Virus record (IMG/VR): IMGVR_UViG_3300016474_000883 | Direction: 5' to 3' (one strand) | DNA length: 20,000 nucleotides | DNA from: an uncultured virus (IMG/VR IMGVR_UViG_3300016474_000883) | Lineage: Duplodnaviria > Heunggongvirae > Uroviricota > Caudoviricetes | Shown here: in pieces, positions 15,274-20,000 of the stretch | Layout: the number at the start of each line of letters is the position of its first letter | Numbering within the stretch: the first letter of the stretch is position 1 | The notes under the pieces: model-generated | Database searches by the model: none | What the model saw: the letters and a program-made list of their open reading frames with translations, nothing else | What the model was told of the DNA's origin: nothing | Program-made: the position numbers and the translations under genes

Positions 15274-16224
15274 TTATAAATCATCCCAATCCGCTGTAGA
15301 TTTAGCATAGGCTGTTACTCTACCGGCAAAGAAATCTTGATGTGTTTTACCTGATGTTAAATGACCAAACCATTCAATTTGTTTTAAAAGGTTAGGATCA
15401 ATATCATTATAAATTGCTTTATAACCTAATTCAATCATTTTTTCATTAGCACGGGCTTTAATAAAGTTTTTTAATTGTTCTTTATTTAAACCTTCAATAC
15501 TACCCATTTCAAACGCTTTATCAATAAAGTCAAATTCTAATTTAACTGATAAATGACAAGCTTCAATTACTTTTTCTCTTAATTCATCAGTGTTTAATTC
15601 TGGTTGTTCTTCAAGTAATGTTCTAAACAACCAACATCCTGCTTTGGAATGTAATGATTCATCTCTAACACTCCATTCTACAATTTGTCCTGTACCTTTC
15701 ATTAAGTTTCTCAATTGGAAACTCATTAACACAGCAAATGAAGAAAATAAATTTACACCTTCAGTAAAAGCTGAGAATATAGCTAATGAAACAGCTCTAT
15801 CTTCTATTGTTTCACCTGGTGTTTCAATTAGGCGTTCAACTTTAGCTCTAGATACTTCATCTTCTAGAAATGCTCTAAAATCATCTAAACCTAATTCTTC
15901 ATTTAATCTAGCATAAGCCTCAGCATGGATGCTTTCAAAATCAGCAAATACACGAGCCATAGCTTGAATTTCAGGTTTTGGAAACCAAACTGATACTTTT
16001 GTGGACCAATAATCATTAACGTGTACTTCTGTTTGAGCAAATGATTTTAATATGTTTCCAATTAAATTCTTCTCAGGTTCTGTTAATTTTAATTTCCAAT
16101 CGTTCAAATCTGATGCGAGCGGAACTTCATCTGCTAACCAATGTGCTCTATGTTGATCTTTATAGAAATCAAATGCAGTTTGGTACTCAAATGGCTTATA
16201 AAAATTTCTTGCGTCGGTAATCAT
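15274..16224 (-). CDS. nrdB: Class I ribonucleotide reductase beta subunit
   Basis: YKPFEY, HW..E, FAQTE, ESIHAEAY, EGVNLFSSF, RDESLH, DFFAGRVTAY. Confidence 0.96.
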   Translation of the reverse strand: MITDARNFYKPFEYQTAFDFYKDQHRAHWLADEVPLASDLNDWKLKLTEPEKNLIGNILKSFAQTEVHVNDYWSTKVSVWFPKPEIQAMARVFADFESIHAEAYARLNEELGLDDFRAFLEDEVSRAKVERLIETPGETIEDRAVSLAIFSAFTEGVNLFSSFAVLMSFQLRNLMKGTGQIVEWSVRDESLHSKAGCWLFRTLLEEQPELNTDELREKVIEACHLSVKLEFDFIDKAFEMGSIEGLNKEQLKNFIKARANEKMIELGYKAIYNDIDPNLLKQIEWFGHLTSGKTHQDFFAGRVTAYAKSTADWDDL

Positions 16225-16228
16225 ACTC

Positions 16229-16259
16229 CTAATATAATAAATTATTTGCTTAATTCAAA
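16229..16259 (-). promoter_or_regulatory. Putative promoter TTTG-N19-TATATTAG, 4 nt before the nrdB ATG
   Basis: Recurring motif with conserved spacing. Confidence 0.55.
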
Positions 16260-17606
16260 GAATTTTTGCTGAAGGATGTCTCTGTCTAAAGATGTAACAT
16301 CACTAAAACTATTGACTGGTTTTGAAGGAGTATATTGGTCTGGGTCGTCATCATAATTGTCAAAGATTTCCATATGACCTGTAGAAGTATCAATTTTAGC
16401 ACCGAATGTTAAACCATCCATGCCATATCTATTTTTCATTATATGAAAACGACCTGTTCCTTTCACTTTATCTTCTTTTTTACGTGAGAGAGAAATAGCC
16501 ACATCCGTAATCATGATTTTGTCATAGCTACCTGCGGCTTTATCACCCTCGATGATATCATCTTTTGCTCCAGCACGGTTTACTTGTGATACACTCCAAA
16601 TTGGAATTTTTAACTCACGAGCTAAACCTTTTGTGCTTACATAAATATCATCTATCTCATCTTTCCTTTCACGATTGTTCTTCTTTGAACGAAGAAGATC
16701 TACATAGTCAATAATAATTAGATCTGGTTTGAATCCTTGATCAATACATTTTTGGATATGTGCTTCTAATGTTGAAATTGATGCTTTACCTGGTGAATAT
16801 TCTTTGACTACTAATTTACCTGGTAATTGAGTAATAACTGATTCAACTTTATCTTTATGTTTTAGAATCTCATTTACAGGTACACCAGTAAAGAAAGCAT
16901 CATATCGTCTACCAACATAATCTTCTCCTAACTCAAGTGTATAATGTACTACATTATATCCTAACTCAACAGCAATACCACCTAAAGCAATCAATGTCCA
17001 TGATTTACCACCACCTGGATTACCAAATATTAATCCAAAGTCACCACTGCCTAATCCACCCTGCATTAAATTATTAAACATATCCCAAGGTGTAGGTATA
17101 GTAAGGCGATGTTCTTCTCTATATCGAGTTTCAATATCTTTATCATATTCCAAGCCAATATTCTTATCACCACCAGCTTTTAGGGCATTATCAACTAATC
17201 CTCTAATTGAGTCATAGTCACCTGCTTTAAGTAAATCTACAGATGTTAATAATGCTTTTTTAAGCTGTTGGTTTTTACAGAAGTTAGAAAATTCTTCTTC
17301 TACATAAGCTAGATCTTCATCTGATGCTTTATAGGCTTCTTTAAGCTGTTCTTTAACTGATACTTGTAGTACTTCGTTTTCTAGTTTTTTAACTTCTACT
17401 TTAAGTATCTCCATGCTAGGCATAGTGTGATACTTTTCATAGTATTTTAAAATCTCACTTATAACCCATTTATGAGCACTGTTATCAAAGTATTCTTCAC
17501 TTAGAATATCATGGATATTAGTTAAAAACTCTTTATGGGTTAGTAAAGAAGATAATACTTTAGTCTGGAAGTGTGTTCCATACTGCGCTAACGTACTTAA
17601 TGTCAT
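16242..17606 (-). CDS. dnaB: Replicative DNA helicase (DnaB/T4 gp41-like, SF4)
   Basis: Walker A GNPGGGKS, YTLEL, Walker B IIIDYVD, SQVNR, KNRYG. Confidence 0.95.
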   Translation of the reverse strand: MTLSTLAQYGTHFQTKVLSSLLTHKEFLTNIHDILSEEYFDNSAHKWVISEILKYYEKYHTMPSMEILKVEVKKLENEVLQVSVKEQLKEAYKASDEDLAYVEEEFSNFCKNQQLKKALLTSVDLLKAGDYDSIRGLVDNALKAGGDKNIGLEYDKDIETRYREEHRLTIPTPWDMFNNLMQGGLGSGDFGLIFGNPGGGKSWTLIALGGIAVELGYNVVHYTLELGEDYVGRRYDAFFTGVPVNEILKHKDKVESVITQLPGKLVVKEYSPGKASISTLEAHIQKCIDQGFKPDLIIIDYVDLLRSKKNNRERKDEIDDIYVSTKGLARELKIPIWSVSQVNRAGAKDDIIEGDKAAGSYDKIMITDVAISLSRKKEDKVKGTGRFHIMKNRYGMDGLTFGAKIDTSTGHMEIFDNYDDDPDQYTPSKPVNSFSDVTSLDRDILQQKFFELSK

Positions 17607-17614
17607 AACTTATT

Positions 17615-18658
17615 TTATTTAAAACTACTTAATGTTGTAAATGTGCTTCTAATCCAATAGTCTACATTTTTTAATGTATGCCCTAATCCATCTTCATTAT
17701 ACATCTTTAAAAACTCAGCTACTTTTATTTTTTCAGCTGGTAGTAAAGTAATGCTCTCTATATATTTTTTTTCTGTCTCGTCTACTAACGGGTTACCTAA
17801 ATCCATTATCTTATAATGTTTCTGTAACATCTCGTAATCATATATTAACCTTGAGTAGATAACGTTTTCTTTATACTTCCCTTCACAAATATTATACAAG
17901 TCATCTAAGGACATCTCTTTTTCTTGTAACTCTGGAAAGAATTTAAATAACTTTTTAGGTCCTAATCCTTTTAATCCGGGCACTTTATCTGAGTTGTCAC
18001 CCATTAATGTCTTATATAATATAAAGTTTTTAGCAGGTAAGCCAAATTTCTCTTTTACTAATTCAGGTGTGTAATATTCTTTAGCAATTGGACTATAGAC
18101 TGTAATATTTTTGTCTACTAATTGCAAAAAATCTTTATCTGCTGATACTATAGTACATTTAGAGTTATGTTTAGTGGTCATATAACGGGCTAAATACGCT
18201 ATAATGTCATCTGCCTCAACTTTGTCGAGTGAAATAAGTTTGACGGGTAAACACTTTAGATAGTGAATGAGTCTAGATATCTGATTTATTTTAGATTCAT
18301 TCTCTTCATCTATATCTTCAAATGTTGAACTCCTATTAACTCGAGTTAAATTCCTACCTGATTTATATTCAGGGAGAAGGTTCTTCCTGTTAATGGTTGA
18401 ACCAACTCCGTCAAATACAATGTAAACTGATGTGGGGGTATTTTGGTTGATAAGAAAACTCAACGAACGTAAAAATCCTCCTAGGCCTCCAATATGAACA
18501 CCATCTTGATTGACATAGTTGATGACTGCGAAATTACGTAAGAATAAATTCAAACCATCAATGATAAGAACTCTATCATGTTTATTAAACGTTGCTTTTC
18601 TAGGTTCATTACCAGGTTGAATATTATCTAGTAATCTAAGCAGATCATTTTTATCCAT
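17615..18658 (-). CDS. 5'-3' exonuclease / flap endonuclease (PolA N-terminal / T4 RNase H-like)
   Basis: IIDGLN, VFDG, EYKSGR, VEADDII, SADKDFLQL, GDNSDKVPG..GLGPK helix-hairpin-helix. ATG 18658 is preferred to 18673. Confidence 0.94.
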   Translation of the reverse strand: MDKNDLLRLLDNIQPGNEPRKATFNKHDRVLIIDGLNLFLRNFAVINYVNQDGVHIGGLGGFLRSLSFLINQNTPTSVYIVFDGVGSTINRKNLLPEYKSGRNLTRVNRSSTFEDIDEENESKINQISRLIHYLKCLPVKLISLDKVEADDIIAYLARYMTTKHNSKCTIVSADKDFLQLVDKNITVYSPIAKEYYTPELVKEKFGLPAKNFILYKTLMGDNSDKVPGLKGLGPKKLFKFFPELQEKEMSLDDLYNICEGKYKENVIYSRLIYDYEMLQKHYKIMDLGNPLVDETEKKYIESITLLPAEKIKVAEFLKMYNEDGLGHTLKNVDYWIRSTFTTLSSFK

Positions 18659-18659
18659 A

Positions 18660-19745
18660 TTATTCTTCGTCAATCAAGGTTATGTTTTCTTTACTTTCTT
18701 CCCATTCTGATTTATCTTCAGTAAGACCGATACCATCTAGACTTCCTAAGATATGTACCCACTCATGAGCATGTTGTTTTTTATACTCATTAATGTCTTT
18801 AGCATCATCACTAATAAAACCATGAACTGTAGCTACAACTGTGTTTTTAGTTTGTAAACCTGTAACGTGGTTTTTATCTACTGATACTTTAGTACGAACT
18901 GCAAATTCTACTTCTTTTCCATCTTTAGTTGCTTTTAATTTACTTGTTCCACTATTGGTGATATTACCAAATGTAATAACAATTGAAGCATCTAAAAACA
19001 TTGTTTCACCATTTTTCATTTTCATTTTAGGTTGAGCAAATATATTTTCAGCTGGTGCGATCCAGATTTTATTAATTGCTACCATTGAATTAGTAAATTG
19101 TGAATTTTCTTTACGTGATAATGGAAAACGTTGATTAATAAAATTTCCAAATTGTTGTGACATTGCTCCTGCATTCCACATTGGATTATTTTTATTTGCT
19201 TCAACACTCATTTTACAAGGTATAGAACCTATTGAATCCCAAAAGAAACATAAATCATAAGGCAAATTACCTTTCTTTTGTTCATCTAACAAGTCAGCTA
19301 TAAATTCTGCTACATCTTCAATAGTACCTAATGCACTTCTGTCGTTGTATAAGAAGAAACCTTTATAATCTACAATTTCACCTGTTGTTGTATCAACAAC
19401 GTCTTCAACTTGAAAACCCATTTGTTTAGCGTGTTCCCAAGACCATTTCATCTCTGTAATAATGAACACAGGCAAAATGCCCATTTTCTGGGCATTAATT
19501 GCCAATTCAAGTAAAGCTGTTGTTTTACCTGTATTACTGTGTCCTCTTAAAAGATTAATATGACCTATGGCTGCGCCTGGAAGTGAAGTTGAATCTTGTA
19601 ATGCTTCTGAAAATGGGATCCATCTTTGCTCTTTAAACTTAACTGTACTGTTAAGCAATTTTTTCTCTTTGAATTTATCAAGGTTAAAACTTGATTTAAT
19701 TTCTTCAGAGACCGCTGTCATTAAAGATTCTTTCTTTTTAGCCAT
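18660..19745 (-). CDS. recA: RecA/UvsX-like recombinase
   Basis: Walker A GHSNTGKTT, ITEMKW, Walker B FFWDSIG, VAIN, KNH; lies between the SSB and exonuclease genes. Confidence 0.88.
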   Translation of the reverse strand: MAKKKESLMTAVSEEIKSSFNLDKFKEKKLLNSTVKFKEQRWIPFSEALQDSTSLPGAAIGHINLLRGHSNTGKTTALLELAINAQKMGILPVFIITEMKWSWEHAKQMGFQVEDVVDTTTGEIVDYKGFFLYNDRSALGTIEDVAEFIADLLDEQKKGNLPYDLCFFWDSIGSIPCKMSVEANKNNPMWNAGAMSQQFGNFINQRFPLSRKENSQFTNSMVAINKIWIAPAENIFAQPKMKMKNGETMFLDASIVITFGNITNSGTSKLKATKDGKEVEFAVRTKVSVDKNHVTGLQTKNTVVATVHGFISDDAKDINEYKKQHAHEWVHILGSLDGIGLTEDKSEWEESKENITLIDEE

Positions 19746-19764
19746 AATCTGTATTAATTAATTT

Positions 19765-20000
19765 TTATTCTTCGTCCTCAAATAAAGCATCAAATTTAGC
19801 TGCTTTAGATGTTTTTGTAGGAGCGGTTTTTAGAGCATAGTTAGCTTTAGGAGCAGGTGTTTCTTCTTCTGCTTCATCATCTTCCCAAGGTAAATCTTTA
19901 GGAGCAGACTTAGTAGCCTTAGCAGGTACTACTACTTCTTCTTCCTCATCATTAGATTCAGCTTCAGGATTCAAAAATTTCTCTAATACACTCTTAAGAT
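19765..20000 (-). CDS. C-terminus of a gp32-like single-stranded DNA-binding protein (5' end truncated)
   Basis: Frame open to the window edge (LKSVLEKFLNPE...); acidic low-complexity linker and tail KFDALFEDEE; directly upstream of recA. Confidence 0.75.
   Translation of the reverse strand, partial: LKSVLEKFLNPEAESNDEEEEVVVPAKATKSAPKDLPWEDDEAEEETPAPKANYALKTAPTKTSKAAKFDALFEDEE

Noticed and set aside
6186..18663. Identical 16-mer tttttatccatattat at two gene junctions (6186-6201, 18648-18663)
   Set aside because: Both are TAA-T-ATG-GAT-AAA stop/start junctions in AT-rich DNA; coding constraint is sufficient.
526..19761. All plus-strand ORFs in the track
   Set aside because: Short antisense shadows of well-supported minus-strand genes, with no motifs.
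1..20000. Stop-codon reassignment, tRNA genes, CRISPR array, preQ1 riboswitch
   Set aside because: Genes are full length under the standard code and TAA, TAG and TGA all act as stops. Intergenic gaps are tiny and show no cloverleaf, repeat-spacer or riboswitch pattern that I can recognise.

Overview
AT-rich, densely packed window from a large tailed dsDNA phage; every credible gene is on the minus strand. The host is probably Bacteroidota, inferred from the absence of Shine-Dalgarno sites and from TTTG-N19/20-TATATT promoters. In transcription order (right to left): gp32-like SSB (partial), RecA/UvsX, 5'-3' exonuclease, DnaB-like helicase, ribonucleotide reductase nrdB and nrdA (nrdA spans a 169-N gap), a GIY-YIG endonuclease, and several hypothetical or membrane genes. 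Next comes a 7-deazaguanine DNA-modification cluster: divergent TGT-fold dpdA-like gene, queC, queD, queE and folE. Two thioredoxins and a purine phosphoribosyltransferase are interleaved with it, and it is followed by a second GIY-YIG endonuclease, a MazG-like NTP pyrophosphatase coupled to a family B DNA polymerase, and probable late genes. The main hypothesis is that preQ0 synthesis, the PRTase, RNR, NTP pyrophosphatase and motif-variant PolB form a nucleotide-level G-replacement or guanine-recycling system. QueC, QueD, QueE and NrdB all show non-canonical metal-binding motifs. Two recurring promoter-like motif classes are visible. All calls come from motif recognition by eye; no database search was run.
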